DNA of 64,000 bases from Escherichia phage O18-011, in the sequence record NC_070985.1. One strand, given 5' to 3'. The notes beneath the pieces were generated by a model, which saw only the letters and a list, made by a program, of their open reading frames with translations, did not search any database and had not been told where the DNA came from. This document shows positions 30,577-40,378 of the stretch, piece after piece. The translations under genes were made by a program, and so were the position numbers. The first letter of the stretch is position 1. Every line of letters begins with the position of its first letter.

Positions 30577-30593
30577 TAAAGCCCCCGAAGGGA
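30577..30593 (-). other. UUCG-loop hairpin in 5' leader of tail spike gene
   Basis: Same 16-mer TAAAGCCCCCGAAGGG (+ strand) as at 28334-28349; sits just upstream of the tail spike RBS. Confidence 0.35.
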
Positions 30594-30671
30594 GCATTGT
30601 TAAATTACTTAGAAGGCATTTCAACACGAACTGATATGAAAGCATCATCAGGGATATCAATTAGGCCCCCG

Positions 30672-30788
30672 TCAAAAACCTTCCAACTCATTTCTAGCAA
30701 AAGCTGGGATAGTCTCTAAGGGTTTGAACAGGTCCGAAGACCTGTTTTCTTCCTGTACGACAACCTCTTCTTCGAAGTCAAACCTCAT
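30672..30788 (-). CDS. hypothetical small acidic protein (38 aa)
   Basis: ATG overlapping upstream TGA (TGATG); RBS AGGAG 5 nt upstream; below track cutoff. Confidence 0.3.
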   Translation of the reverse strand: MRFDFEEEVVVQEENRSSDLFKPLETIPAFARNELEGF

Positions 30789-30991
30789 CAATCTCCTGAT
30801 TGCGGAGGTGGCCCCTTAACATACCCACCTGTCTCTGGGTCGTAGAAATCACCCAACCAGAAGCCACCCTCTGCTGGAAGCACTAGGTAATCCAAAAATA
30901 TTGTAGGCAATATGTTGTCAGTATCCCACCGCACAACGTTATCAATGCGAAGGGTTTCCTGATTGATAAAAAAAGCATCTATAATCGTCAT
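30788..30991 (-). CDS. hypothetical small protein (possible fibre assembly factor)
   Basis: ORF track; RBS AGGAGCC; directly after tail fibre gene. Confidence 0.35.
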   Translation of the reverse strand: MTIIDAFFINQETLRIDNVVRWDTDNILPTIFLDYLVLPAEGGFWLGDFYDPETGGYVKGPPPQSGD

Positions 30992-30999
30992 AAAGGCTC

Positions 31000-33321
31000 C
31001 TATGATAATTCAATAATAAGTACGCACCCACCAGCACCGTTACCTCCCGGCTGCTGAGTAACACCAGTGGAACACGCGGTACCACCACCACCACTACCAA
31101 AACCAGAACCATCCACTCCGGGAACCGCGTTGGCTGAGCGTCCACCGCCACCTAGAGAGCTACTCGCACCATGACCGGCTGACGTGGTGGTAGCATTAAA
31201 TACGGCAGCGGCTGTACCAAAGCTGGGTCCAGTGCGAAATAACGCAGCCTGAGTATAGTCATCAGACTGGCTTGTAGGGCCAATGTTGGAAATGCTGGAG
31301 GAAGTAAGACGATTACCCCCAGCCCCGCCAACTACCGAGCAGATGGAACCGAGGGAAGTATCCCCTCCATTACCACCGGGCTGACCCGCTACCCCTAGTC
31401 CACCAGAACCCACAAGGCAACTGTAGGAGGCCGCTAAGGTAGGCAGATATAATAAAGCGGCACTACCAGAGTTACCCCCGCTACCAGCGCTGGCGTTACT
31501 GGCAGGTGGAGTTGTTGAACCACCACCTGCCCCACCACCAGCTTGCAGAAAAACAAACGCAGACTTTGCTGTAGCAGAGGGTGTCCATGTACCAGAAGCT
31601 ATCAGACGCTTAACATCTACTACACGACCAAATATGTTTAATGCAGTAAATAGTTCCGCTAAAGATGTAACACCAGTTCCACCACTAGCAACAGCCAATG
31701 GAGTGCTCAGTGTCTGTACACCGGACCAAGTATTGTCTGCATTAAGGAGCGGTACGGCATCTCCTGATACCCCAGTGTCTTTTAGTGCTGCAGACCCTAG
31801 ACCGAAGTTAGAACGAGCACCATCAGCATCTTTAGCTCCAGTACCTCCTTGAGAGATGGATAATGGTGTTGTGAGTCCAGATAAAGATGTGATGTCAGAA
31901 TTCGCACCAGAAGAGGCAGCGCCTAAGATAGATCTGGAGAGGTGTACGTTCCCTGTAATCTCATCAGGTGCTTGGTTATTTACCGTGACAACATAAGGTT
32001 TCTGGGCTTGTACAGACCCTTTATACTGAGTATCCTTATCAGAATCTGGTGCTCTTATTGCCTCCCCTCCAGTCCAATCTGGGAGTCGAATGTTAATGAA
32101 GTTAGTAGAATCTGCATCAGTAACTCCATCTGCCAATTTACCCCAAGAGAAGTATTGTCTAGCACCAGCCTGCCATTCTGTTTCAGAGACCACAGGAAGC
32201 TGACCACTGATGAGAGATGGGCCTAAATCAAGAGCAGACTCCTTTGATACCAAACGACCATCAGCAGGAAGAACTCCTGGATAGGAGATATTCTTAGTTG
32301 GGTCATAAGGGAACATCACCATCTCACCAAGATATAGAGAAGGGTTTCCTGTTGGAATGGTAATGTCAATGTTACCACTAGAGTCTGGAGAACGAGAGTT
32401 AACGGTAAGGATTCTACCTTCAGTTTTAACAGGAGTTAGTGTTTTGTTAGCAGCAACAGTATAGAATTCATACTTAGTAGCTTCCCAAACTAAGACTTTC
32501 TCTCCAACTTGACGATATTGAGCATCAGCATCAGCTTCTGCTTTTGATTGATATGTCTTGGTAGTTTTGTCAAACTTATCATCAATCTCTTGACGACTAT
32601 ACTGAGCAACGTTCAGAACATTCCCTAAATCAACTGTATCCTTGTTGATTGTTAAGGCAACTTCTCCATCAAGAACTGGACCGCCGTTAACAGAGATAGA
32701 ACGAACAGATGGAATTAAATTAGCAATATTCTCTAGAGTGGTTTTGTGGACGGTATTGTCATCTTTGTCAACATAGAAACCTAAATCTTCTAACTCTGGA
32801 ACACCGGTAGGTGCTGTGTCCAAATCCTTAACAGTACCATCCTTTCCGGGATCACCTTCTGGAATACCTAAAGAGATTACACCAGTGGTCGGATTAAAAG
32901 AACCAGTAGCCGGAGTTCCCGGAGGAAGTGTAGTTACATCAACGGACATTCCTAACAGAATATCAAGCTGATTCTGAACTTCAATAAGTTTCTGATTAAT
33001 GATAGCAACAGCATTGTTAGCATCAGAGACCGCTGCGTTAGTTTGAGCAATTAGAGTCATCAAACGAGCATCTTGATCTATAAAATCCTTCTTAAGATCT
33101 TCAATATCCTGCTTCATTAGAATACCCTGTTGGTATAGGCGTTCTACTTCAGCGACCAGATCATCGATTGTACCAAACTTAGACTCAGCCAGTAATGCCC
33201 AATATTTAGCATCAGATGCATATTCTGCTGCTTGCTTGTAAGCTCCTATAGAGCCTTCAGTAGCACCAAACTGCCCAACGTTATTCACTGCATCCGGTGC
33301 TTGGTTATTATAAACGATCAT
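31000..33321 (-). CDS. tail fibre protein
   Basis: 773 aa; coiled-coil N-part; C-terminal Gly-rich repeats (GGGAGGGSTT...GSGGNSG...GGAGGN). Confidence 0.6.
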   Translation of the reverse strand: MIVYNNQAPDAVNNVGQFGATEGSIGAYKQAAEYASDAKYWALLAESKFGTIDDLVAEVERLYQQGILMKQDIEDLKKDFIDQDARLMTLIAQTNAAVSDANNAVAIINQKLIEVQNQLDILLGMSVDVTTLPPGTPATGSFNPTTGVISLGIPEGDPGKDGTVKDLDTAPTGVPELEDLGFYVDKDDNTVHKTTLENIANLIPSVRSISVNGGPVLDGEVALTINKDTVDLGNVLNVAQYSRQEIDDKFDKTTKTYQSKAEADADAQYRQVGEKVLVWEATKYEFYTVAANKTLTPVKTEGRILTVNSRSPDSSGNIDITIPTGNPSLYLGEMVMFPYDPTKNISYPGVLPADGRLVSKESALDLGPSLISGQLPVVSETEWQAGARQYFSWGKLADGVTDADSTNFINIRLPDWTGGEAIRAPDSDKDTQYKGSVQAQKPYVVTVNNQAPDEITGNVHLSRSILGAASSGANSDITSLSGLTTPLSISQGGTGAKDADGARSNFGLGSAALKDTGVSGDAVPLLNADNTWSGVQTLSTPLAVASGGTGVTSLAELFTALNIFGRVVDVKRLIASGTWTPSATAKSAFVFLQAGGGAGGGSTTPPASNASAGSGGNSGSAALLYLPTLAASYSCLVGSGGLGVAGQPGGNGGDTSLGSICSVVGGAGGNRLTSSSISNIGPTSQSDDYTQAALFRTGPSFGTAAAVFNATTTSAGHGASSSLGGGGRSANAVPGVDGSGFGSGGGGTACSTGVTQQPGGNGAGGCVLIIELS

Positions 33322-33330
33322 ATTATCTCC

Positions 33331-34083
33331 TTATACACGAGAAGTACGAATACCATAAATGTCAGGCAAGCTGCTCTGAAGTCGAGTCATGTTATTCGGA
33401 ATTGCGATAGGTGAACCTGAGTACTCTTGTTTCTTATTCTGCTCTACCATTTCATCAAGGATAGCTTTTCCTAATGCAGACCATTTCTGAACTCCATTAT
33501 CATCTTGAACAAACAAGCAAGCATGACGTAGAGTGAAATACAGAAGAAGTTCTGGTGCAATAGTAAGGATAGCACTGGTATCTGTATCTTCATGGAATTC
33601 CGGTGGATCTGCATAATAGCTAAGAATTACTGAGTTTTCTGCTGGAATCAAAGGACTTCCATCATCAGGATAAACAGGAGTATCTGCTTCAATACTAGGG
33701 TAGAAAATGAAACGACTACCGAAACGAGCAAAGTTAACAGGTTGGTTGTTCCAATGAGATGGATTGATTGTTCCATGCTGTCTACGATAGCTAATCTCTT
33801 CAGGAGATGTTACTTGGAAGATTGTACCGTCTTTGGCTCTCATCATCCATTGAGCTTCTAAGTAATCAGGAGGAATATAAGCTACTCCATCTTTAATATC
33901 TAAATACACTTCTTTTTCCAGAGGAGGGATACGTAAGTTACGATAAATCTCTTTCTCTGCAAAGTTAATAAAGTTTGGAATTTGATTAACAAATTCGTCA
34001 TCGTCTCGATCGGCCCACAAGGCAACAGCTTTCTTAAGCCAGCCATACGTGTTAATCGGGTTTTGCACTTCAGGCATCGCCAT
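33331..34083 (-). CDS. virion protein (possible adaptor)
   Basis: ORF track; position between capsid block and fibres. Confidence 0.45.
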   Translation of the reverse strand: MAMPEVQNPINTYGWLKKAVALWADRDDDEFVNQIPNFINFAEKEIYRNLRIPPLEKEVYLDIKDGVAYIPPDYLEAQWMMRAKDGTIFQVTSPEEISYRRQHGTINPSHWNNQPVNFARFGSRFIFYPSIEADTPVYPDDGSPLIPAENSVILSYYADPPEFHEDTDTSAILTIAPELLLYFTLRHACLFVQDDNGVQKWSALGKAILDEMVEQNKKQEYSGSPIAIPNNMTRLQSSLPDIYGIRTSRV

Positions 34084-34149
34084 AGGTTGTCCTCCTTGTT
34101 ATATGTAGACAAAGAATATACATTACACACTGGCTTGTATAGGTCTTAA

Positions 34150-34178
34150 AACGAAAAACCCCGCCCGAAGGCAGGGTC
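34150..34178 (-). terminator. rho-independent terminator after capsid genes
   Basis: - strand ACCCTGCC-ttcg-GGCGGGGT followed by TTTTTCGTT. Confidence 0.5.
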
Positions 34179-34184
34179 TAATTT

Positions 34185-34697
34185 TTAAGCAGGTGTTACA
34201 CCAGTAAAAGTGCATGTTGCATTGATAGACGGAGTGGCTGTCAAACTAGCTTGAACAGTAACTTCGCCACTTGCAGCAGCATCTAAGGTTAACGCACCAG
34301 CGGCGCTTACTGTACCAGCTTCTTCAGGAGTTACAACAAACGTGTAATCCGCAGCAGCAGAATTAGTTACAGTAAACATGGTAGTGAAATTAGTGGAAGA
34401 ACCACCAGTTTTACCCGTAATTGGACCTCTAGCTACAATAGTAGGAGTAGGATCAACAATTTCAGAAATGGTTGCTGTACCAGAAACACCTTCCAAAGTT
34501 GCAGTAATGGATACATCAGTGGATTGAGACGCACTCGGAGCAGTGTACAAACCCGACTGAGTGATAGAACCACCTCCTGTCACTGACCAAGTAAAGCCAG
34601 TTGTTTCGGTAGAACCATCACTTTTCTCCGCGCTTGCAGTGAACTGCCGAGTAGCCCCTGTCTCTAGACTTGCTAAAGACGCAGGGCTAACAGTCAT
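34185..34697 (-). CDS. Ig-like (Big_2-type) domain ORF, probably expressed as a -1 frameshift extension of the capsid protein
   Basis: No SD of its own; its frame is open upstream through slippery site G_GGA_AAG (34721-34727) near the end of the capsid gene. Confidence 0.5.
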   Translation of the reverse strand: MTVSPASLASLETGATRQFTASAEKSDGSTETTGFTWSVTGGGSITQSGLYTAPSASQSTDVSITATLEGVSGTATISEIVDPTPTIVARGPITGKTGGSSTNFTTMFTVTNSAAADYTFVVTPEEAGTVSAAGALTLDAAASGEVTVQASLTATPSINATCTFTGVTPA

Positions 34698-34708
34698 ACT
34701 GTCTACTG

Positions 34709-35767
34709 TTACGCCGCCACCTTTCCCGCAGCAGTGAACAGAACGCCGGAAGCATACGGGTTGCGGTGACGCAGACCAACTTCCATTTCAATCATCCATT
34801 TTTCGTAAGAACCATCTTTCGCCAGTTCAGTACGTTTCGGAGCACGCAGAACCATCTGAGTCCAGTCAGCGCTACGGAAGAAGTAAACTGCATCGGTAGG
34901 CATCCAACGGTTAACGATGATTTTGTAGCTCTGGCCCAGCGGGTCAGTGATGCTGTTAACTTCGTAGATGAACTGCTTGGTGTTCTCAAAGATACGCTTA
35001 CGTGAACCCTGAGTATTTTCTTGCAGACCAGCGAAGATCTTAGCATGAGCCGGGTTAATCATGATGATATCTGCTTCAGAACCAGCGGTGTACAGTTGCA
35101 GAGTCATATCAAAGATATCTGCTTCATCAAAGCCGATGTTAGTAGTCGGGTTAGAAGCGTTCTGTGCAACCTTAACAGTTACTGCACCAGTATCCGGGTC
35201 AGCAGGACCATTCTTGGTCTTGTCAACAACAGCACCAGCCAGACCACCGTGAGCACACAGGAACTGGAATGCACCAGTCTTACGAGCTGCATGGGTGTCG
35301 TTCAGACCGACAGTTGCAGGATCAGTTGCAGAGTTAGTCAGGTATTGGTCAGCCAGAACGTCGGTACGAGCCTGACCGGACAGAAGGATTTTCTCGAGGT
35401 CACGCTTGATCTCTTTACCTTTCTTCTCCAGCTGGTACATCAGTTCACGACCACGACCATAGTTAGCGGTGGTGTTAGCGGTATCAGAAACTTTAACAAC
35501 CTTACGCAGAATCTGAGTAACGTTGGATTTGATTACGGTAGGTTGCATTTCACCATCAACCGCACGAGAACCTTCAACGTGTGCGTTATTAGCGTCAACG
35601 CTTGCCAATGCATCGGTCTGCCAGCTAAAGATAGTCTGGTTGATAGACTCTTTACCGGTCATAGATACGAACGGAGTATCCTGAGGGGACAGAACAGAAA
35701 TCCAGTTAGCAAAAGAAAGTTTTTTACCATTCTGGTCATACGATACAAATAAAGTTGGATTAGCCAT
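34709..35767 (-). CDS. major capsid protein
   Basis: 352 aa; downstream of portal and scaffold; slippery site near 3' end; terminator downstream. Confidence 0.65.
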   Translation of the reverse strand: MANPTLFVSYDQNGKKLSFANWISVLSPQDTPFVSMTGKESINQTIFSWQTDALASVDANNAHVEGSRAVDGEMQPTVIKSNVTQILRKVVKVSDTANTTANYGRGRELMYQLEKKGKEIKRDLEKILLSGQARTDVLADQYLTNSATDPATVGLNDTHAARKTGAFQFLCAHGGLAGAVVDKTKNGPADPDTGAVTVKVAQNASNPTTNIGFDEADIFDMTLQLYTAGSEADIIMINPAHAKIFAGLQENTQGSRKRIFENTKQFIYEVNSITDPLGQSYKIIVNRWMPTDAVYFFRSADWTQMVLRAPKRTELAKDGSYEKWMIEMEVGLRHRNPYASGVLFTAAGKVAA

Positions 35768-35808
35768 GTTATGTTAGCTCCTATACTATTAAATAATTAA
35801 TTTGTCGA

Positions 35809-36885
35809 TTAATCTACGAGGAATTTGAATGCGTCTTCGTGACTAACGCGACCCTCTGCGAATGCCTTGGCAACCTTAGCGTTGTCTGGCTTATTGGAAG
35901 TGCGAGACTTTGCAGCATCAGACTTCACAACCTTGCGTGGAGCACCGGGACGTTTAATCTTAGCCATCACCTGTTGCTTACCTTTATCAAATTGGTATGC
36001 TTTATGGAGAGCTAGGAAAATAGACGGACGGTTTTCCTTCAATACTTCTTCTTCAGTAGCACCTAAGTCAATTGCGTATTGCATTAAGTTTTGATATAAG
36101 TTTTCATCCCAATTTGGAATCTCACGTTTCAGAATATTAACACATTCAACGCTCTTGGCTTGGAAAGCTTCCTGCTCTTTAGCTGCTGCTTCCTGCTTAA
36201 TACGGACCTGAGCCTGTTCAAGCTGGTTACGACGAGCTGTGTATTTCTCTAGGAAACGTTTGTTTTCAACATATGCTTGAGGATCTTCTACTGCAAGCTT
36301 GTCCCAATCAAATCCGTTGTAATCTTCAATTACTCGGTCTGCTTCTAAAGACGCTAGTTCTAATACATCCTTCAAACCTACTACACGTTCCTCAAATGCT
36401 TCCATATGACGCTGAAGAGTTGATTCTCGTTCTGTCATATCAGCACCAGTAAGATAGCCATTGGAGAGTTCTTCAATAGTCATCTCACGTCCATCAGGAA
36501 GGGTGATAACGGTTTCGTAGTCTACATCAAAGACTTCACCTTCACCGTCAGCAGAATCATCTTCATACCCTGCATCGCTTGAATTTTCTTCCTCTAGCTC
36601 TTCTGCTTCAGAGGATTCATCTTCATCTTCTTCGACTTCGCCTTCCTCATCATGATCTTCCCAACCATCTTCATCTTCGAACTTCAGCTCATCGCTTTCA
36701 CCGAGAAGGTCGGTATCAAAGTCGAATTCGTCACCGGTTTGTTCCGGGAACTCATCGTCAATGTCCACTTCTGGTTCTTGTTCAGATTCTAATCGACCAA
36801 GCTCTTCTTTAAAAGAACCTTTCAGGTCATCCAGTTGGAGGAAAGATTTAAAATCGTTCGGGTCAATATAATTATCTTGTGGCAT
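35809..36885 (-). CDS. scaffolding protein
   Basis: Very acidic Glu/Asp-rich N-half, helical C-half; between portal and capsid. Confidence 0.55.
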   Translation of the reverse strand: MPQDNYIDPNDFKSFLQLDDLKGSFKEELGRLESEQEPEVDIDDEFPEQTGDEFDFDTDLLGESDELKFEDEDGWEDHDEEGEVEEDEDESSEAEELEEENSSDAGYEDDSADGEGEVFDVDYETVITLPDGREMTIEELSNGYLTGADMTERESTLQRHMEAFEERVVGLKDVLELASLEADRVIEDYNGFDWDKLAVEDPQAYVENKRFLEKYTARRNQLEQAQVRIKQEAAAKEQEAFQAKSVECVNILKREIPNWDENLYQNLMQYAIDLGATEEEVLKENRPSIFLALHKAYQFDKGKQQVMAKIKRPGAPRKVVKSDAAKSRTSNKPDNAKVAKAFAEGRVSHEDAFKFLVD

Positions 36886-37121
36886 TATGAAACATCTCCT
36901 GCACTATTGATAGCAGCTTTTATGACCTCTTTTAAGCTACCAACCATTTTATACTTTTGATAACAATCTTCGCGTTTCTTATTCTCATGAGGTTCAGTTT
37001 GAACTATCTCTGTCATGAGTCTTTCTTTCAATGCCTCTAATGCTGCGTCAAGACTGCCGTTAAGATTGAGAGCCGCCAAAGCGGCGGCGTGCTCTTTATT
37101 GAATTGATGCCTAATGTTCAT
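36885..37121 (-). CDS. hypothetical small protein
   Basis: ORF track; between portal and scaffold. Confidence 0.4.
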   Translation of the reverse strand: MNIRHQFNKEHAAALAALNLNGSLDAALEALKERLMTEIVQTEPHENKKREDCYQKYKMVGSLKEVIKAAINSAGDVS

Positions 37122-37130
37122 TCGACGTCC

Positions 37131-39374
37131 TTACTTTTTACTTCCAAGACGTTTGCCTGGAATCCGTGAATCTTTGAGAGAAGTCTGTTGTTCTTTCTTA
37201 GTTACATTAGCTTCTTTCTTCTGGAGTTCCAAAGTTTTATCTTGAACACGGGATTGCTGAATAATCTTCTCTTGGTCTACCTGATGTTCCATAACCATCT
37301 GCAATTCTTTCAGTACAGACTCATACTGACGGACCTGCTGTTGCATAAGAGCTAGCTTGTGCTTAGCTTGTTCCAGAGTTGCATTGTTATCTTCTTTACG
37401 GTTTTCCAGAGTCATAGCATCTGCTGCATTTTCTTGCTTGAACTGCAACTCTTCCTGACGCAGACTTAATTCATCCGCAGCTTTCTGCTGTTCGAATGTA
37501 GTACGTTCACGTTGGTCGAATGCATCAGCAATCATCTTCTGAGAAGAAGCCTGTACGTTCTCAACCTGTGCTTTAGTCATCTCAAGCTGGAGGATTTCCA
37601 TCGGAGAAGGCTGCGGAGGCTGATACTGTTCCAGAGGCAGAAGGTATTTATGAGTGTCCTTAATACCCATCAACTCAAAGATCTGTGCAGTCATGTAACG
37701 GTCTTGCTCCAAACCAAAGAGAGGTGCTAACTGTGCATCTGCTGCAATCAGCTGTTTCAAGCTAATCAGTTTCTGCGCACGTTCTGCTTTCTCATTAGGG
37801 GAGATAGCTACAACAACTTGAAGATTGTGACGAGATGGTAATTGTTTCGGATTAACCTGAATCATACCACGAGGGGTTTGTACCTCAATAGGAACTTCAC
37901 CATTTTCTCTGATAAGGTTGTAAATACCACGCATCAATTCAACCATACCGTTGTGAGCAATGTTACGACATACCATACGGAGACGATTCTGTGCAGCATT
38001 CATCATCAAGCCTACGGTTGCATAAGCGTTATCATTCTTAAACACATCAGGGTTGATACCCATGCCAAGTTTAGTTACACCAGTACGTGTCTCTTTAAGC
38101 TCTTCAGACATGCCTAGGAGGCCATCAATACCTTGAGGTAGGTTATGGTATGGGAACAGGTCAATAGCGTCCTGACGTTCCATTTCAACCACTCCACCGG
38201 GACGGTTATCAAGCAGAGAGCGACGATCGTATGCACCAACAAGAGCTTTGTATCGACCATAGTTAGCATTGTTGACGTTATCAATATAACCACGAACTAA
38301 CGCGGTACGTAAATCCTGAATATCTTTCGTAATGTCATAGACTGATTGACCATAGAAGGAACCCGGAATCGGATACGGGCAGAAGGTTACAAACGGAATG
38401 TGAGTTACTTCTTCAGTGTGAAGGATATGCTCACCAGCTTGAATAACCTGATAGAGTTTAGACTCTTTATTCTTATCTAGAACACCAGTACGAATGTAGT
38501 GCTCATAAACCCAAACCATAGAAGCGATATCTTCAGTATCTGTACCAATGTCAGCATCAATATCCTGACGCCAGTCAGTACGAGACCAAGCAACTGTAGA
38601 TTGAGTAGTATCCATCGTGTCTGTCCAGTCGTTGAATGCTTCAATCTCATCTTTAGGGAAGCCCATAGCAACCAGATCTTCTTTAGAGCGACGTACACGA
38701 TGACAGAAGTATTGTGCATCTGCAAAAGAGGTAGCATGTTCATCAACAAAGATTTGCTCTGAAGGAACATATTCAACTTTCACACGTTTAACAGTTTGTT
38801 CATAAGTAACTCTAACATCTACTGTACCATCTTCATTTTCTTCAGTGAAGATTTCCAGATTCTTGAGTCCACCAGCTTCTAATCCCTGAACATATGCAGC
38901 CAATGCTTCCGGTGGTACACCTTCAGCTTCTTCAGTTTGAGTAGAAGTTTGTTCATCCCAATAATACTTGATAAAAGAGTTACGAGTAACCAGACATTCT
39001 TGTGCAGCAGAAGAGATAATATTGTATCCCGGATTGTCACGCAGAAGAATTTGGTTAACTAATTTAGTTGCTACATCAGCAGCATCAGAATCCTGTTGGT
39101 TATCAGCTACGAAAGTAACCGCTTCATCACCAGAACAGAATACGTTAATAATATCTTGCAATGTACCGTTAACAGATTCCCAAACAGTACGATCTACCCA
39201 ACTAGAGCTGCCAGCAGTTACTGGTGCAGGTAAGTTACCATAGAAATATTCCCAAGCTTCACGAGCATAGCCCTTAACAGCCATGTCAACGTAACCTTGA
39301 GCGTAATTAAAACGACGTTGAAGGTCAACACGTAACTCGTCCAACACCTCTTCACTATATTTTTGCTTAGCCAT
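37131..39374 (-). CDS. portal protein
   Basis: 747 aa; directly upstream of scaffold and capsid; C-terminal coiled-coil tail; assignment by size and synteny. Confidence 0.6.
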   Translation of the reverse strand: MAKQKYSEEVLDELRVDLQRRFNYAQGYVDMAVKGYAREAWEYFYGNLPAPVTAGSSSWVDRTVWESVNGTLQDIINVFCSGDEAVTFVADNQQDSDAADVATKLVNQILLRDNPGYNIISSAAQECLVTRNSFIKYYWDEQTSTQTEEAEGVPPEALAAYVQGLEAGGLKNLEIFTEENEDGTVDVRVTYEQTVKRVKVEYVPSEQIFVDEHATSFADAQYFCHRVRRSKEDLVAMGFPKDEIEAFNDWTDTMDTTQSTVAWSRTDWRQDIDADIGTDTEDIASMVWVYEHYIRTGVLDKNKESKLYQVIQAGEHILHTEEVTHIPFVTFCPYPIPGSFYGQSVYDITKDIQDLRTALVRGYIDNVNNANYGRYKALVGAYDRRSLLDNRPGGVVEMERQDAIDLFPYHNLPQGIDGLLGMSEELKETRTGVTKLGMGINPDVFKNDNAYATVGLMMNAAQNRLRMVCRNIAHNGMVELMRGIYNLIRENGEVPIEVQTPRGMIQVNPKQLPSRHNLQVVVAISPNEKAERAQKLISLKQLIAADAQLAPLFGLEQDRYMTAQIFELMGIKDTHKYLLPLEQYQPPQPSPMEILQLEMTKAQVENVQASSQKMIADAFDQRERTTFEQQKAADELSLRQEELQFKQENAADAMTLENRKEDNNATLEQAKHKLALMQQQVRQYESVLKELQMVMEHQVDQEKIIQQSRVQDKTLELQKKEANVTKKEQQTSLKDSRIPGKRLGSKK

Positions 39375-39398
39375 CTATTCTCTCCCTCGGTTGATAGC

Positions 39399-39430
39399 TT
39401 AAATAAAAGAAGGGAGGACAAACCTCCCCT
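39399..39430 (-). terminator. hairpin terminator just upstream of portal RBS (- strand)
   Basis: - strand GGGGAGG-tttgt-CCTCCC followed by TTCTTTTATTT. Confidence 0.45.
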
Positions 39431-39848
39431 TACTACTTCCTCCAGTTTAAGATAGGAAGGACGCCCGTTTAAGCAGCTCTCCTAAATTTAATGAGAATGA
39501 ACTGTAGCGCCTAAACACTCCCTTCATTGTTTCCTTTCGGATCTAGCAGCATCGGCGATTTTCTGCTGTCTATCAAATTTCCAATTGTTCAGGAACAGAA
39601 ATGCTCCTACTGATGAACATCGGATGGTTTCTCTGTTATAGAAAAGGGAAAGTCCCTTCGTCAAAGAACCTCCCCTCTTCACTTACAAGGGTACACTGCA
39701 AAAGAACATCGTGGCAATAAAACTATAACAACCCTTAGATTGCTAATCAGATGATCTTCGACAGCTCCCTGTTTCCTTTAATTAACTCTTGAATAAATGA
39801 AATCTCCTCTATCACTTCTAAGGTTTGTTAGTTTAACGAGAGGATTCC

Positions 39849-40322
39849 TTAAACCTGCTCATCTTGACTATTCGTTTCATCTTCTTCAGAGTTGTCTTCT
39901 TCTGGAGGCATAACGTCGATACCAAGTGCTCCAGTCAAGAAGTCCTTGATTTGTGCATTCAATGATTCTTCGTTGATTACATTCTCTTCCTCAATCTTAA
40001 CTTCAACAGAGGCCGCCTTAGGATATACCAGATCTGCAACTTTTGATGCAGCCTTGAATCTAAGATCAGGTGGAATATTAGGATCTTCGTAAATTTGAAT
40101 TAACACTTCATCAGGAGACAAATGACTTGCAGCAACACGGTCCAACATTAATTGTGTCAGTTTACCTCTACTACCTCTGGGTCGTCCGAATTTATTTCCC
40201 TTTTGAAACTTCCCATTGCTTGGGTTCATACCACGGCTTTCAAGCTCTTCCGTTACTCCGGGTAATCTTCCTGTAATCTCAGCTACCTGTGCAGGCGTGA
40301 GTTCTCCGTTTTCTCCAAACAT
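39849..40322 (-). CDS. possible terminase small subunit / DNA-binding protein
   Basis: KFQKGNKFGRPRGSRGK resembles the GNPxGRPKG motif I associate with phage small terminases; acidic C-terminus. Confidence 0.4.
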   Translation of the reverse strand: MFGENGELTPAQVAEITGRLPGVTEELESRGMNPSNGKFQKGNKFGRPRGSRGKLTQLMLDRVAASHLSPDEVLIQIYEDPNIPPDLRFKAASKVADLVYPKAASVEVKIEEENVINEESLNAQIKDFLTGALGIDVMPPEEDNSEEDETNSQDEQV

Positions 40323-40355
40323 TTTATACTCCTTCTACATTATCAACAACACAAA

Positions 40356-40375
40356 AAGCCTCCCAAGGGAGGCAA
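40356..40375 (-). terminator. rho-independent terminator (- strand)
   Basis: - strand GCCTCC-cttg-GGAGGC followed by TTTTTGT. Confidence 0.5.
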
Positions 40376-40378
40376 ACA

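Noticed and set aside
35021-35752. 243 aa + strand ORF antisense to the major capsid gene
   Set aside because: Covers almost the whole capsid gene on the opposite strand; composition looks like an antisense artefact; no RBS.
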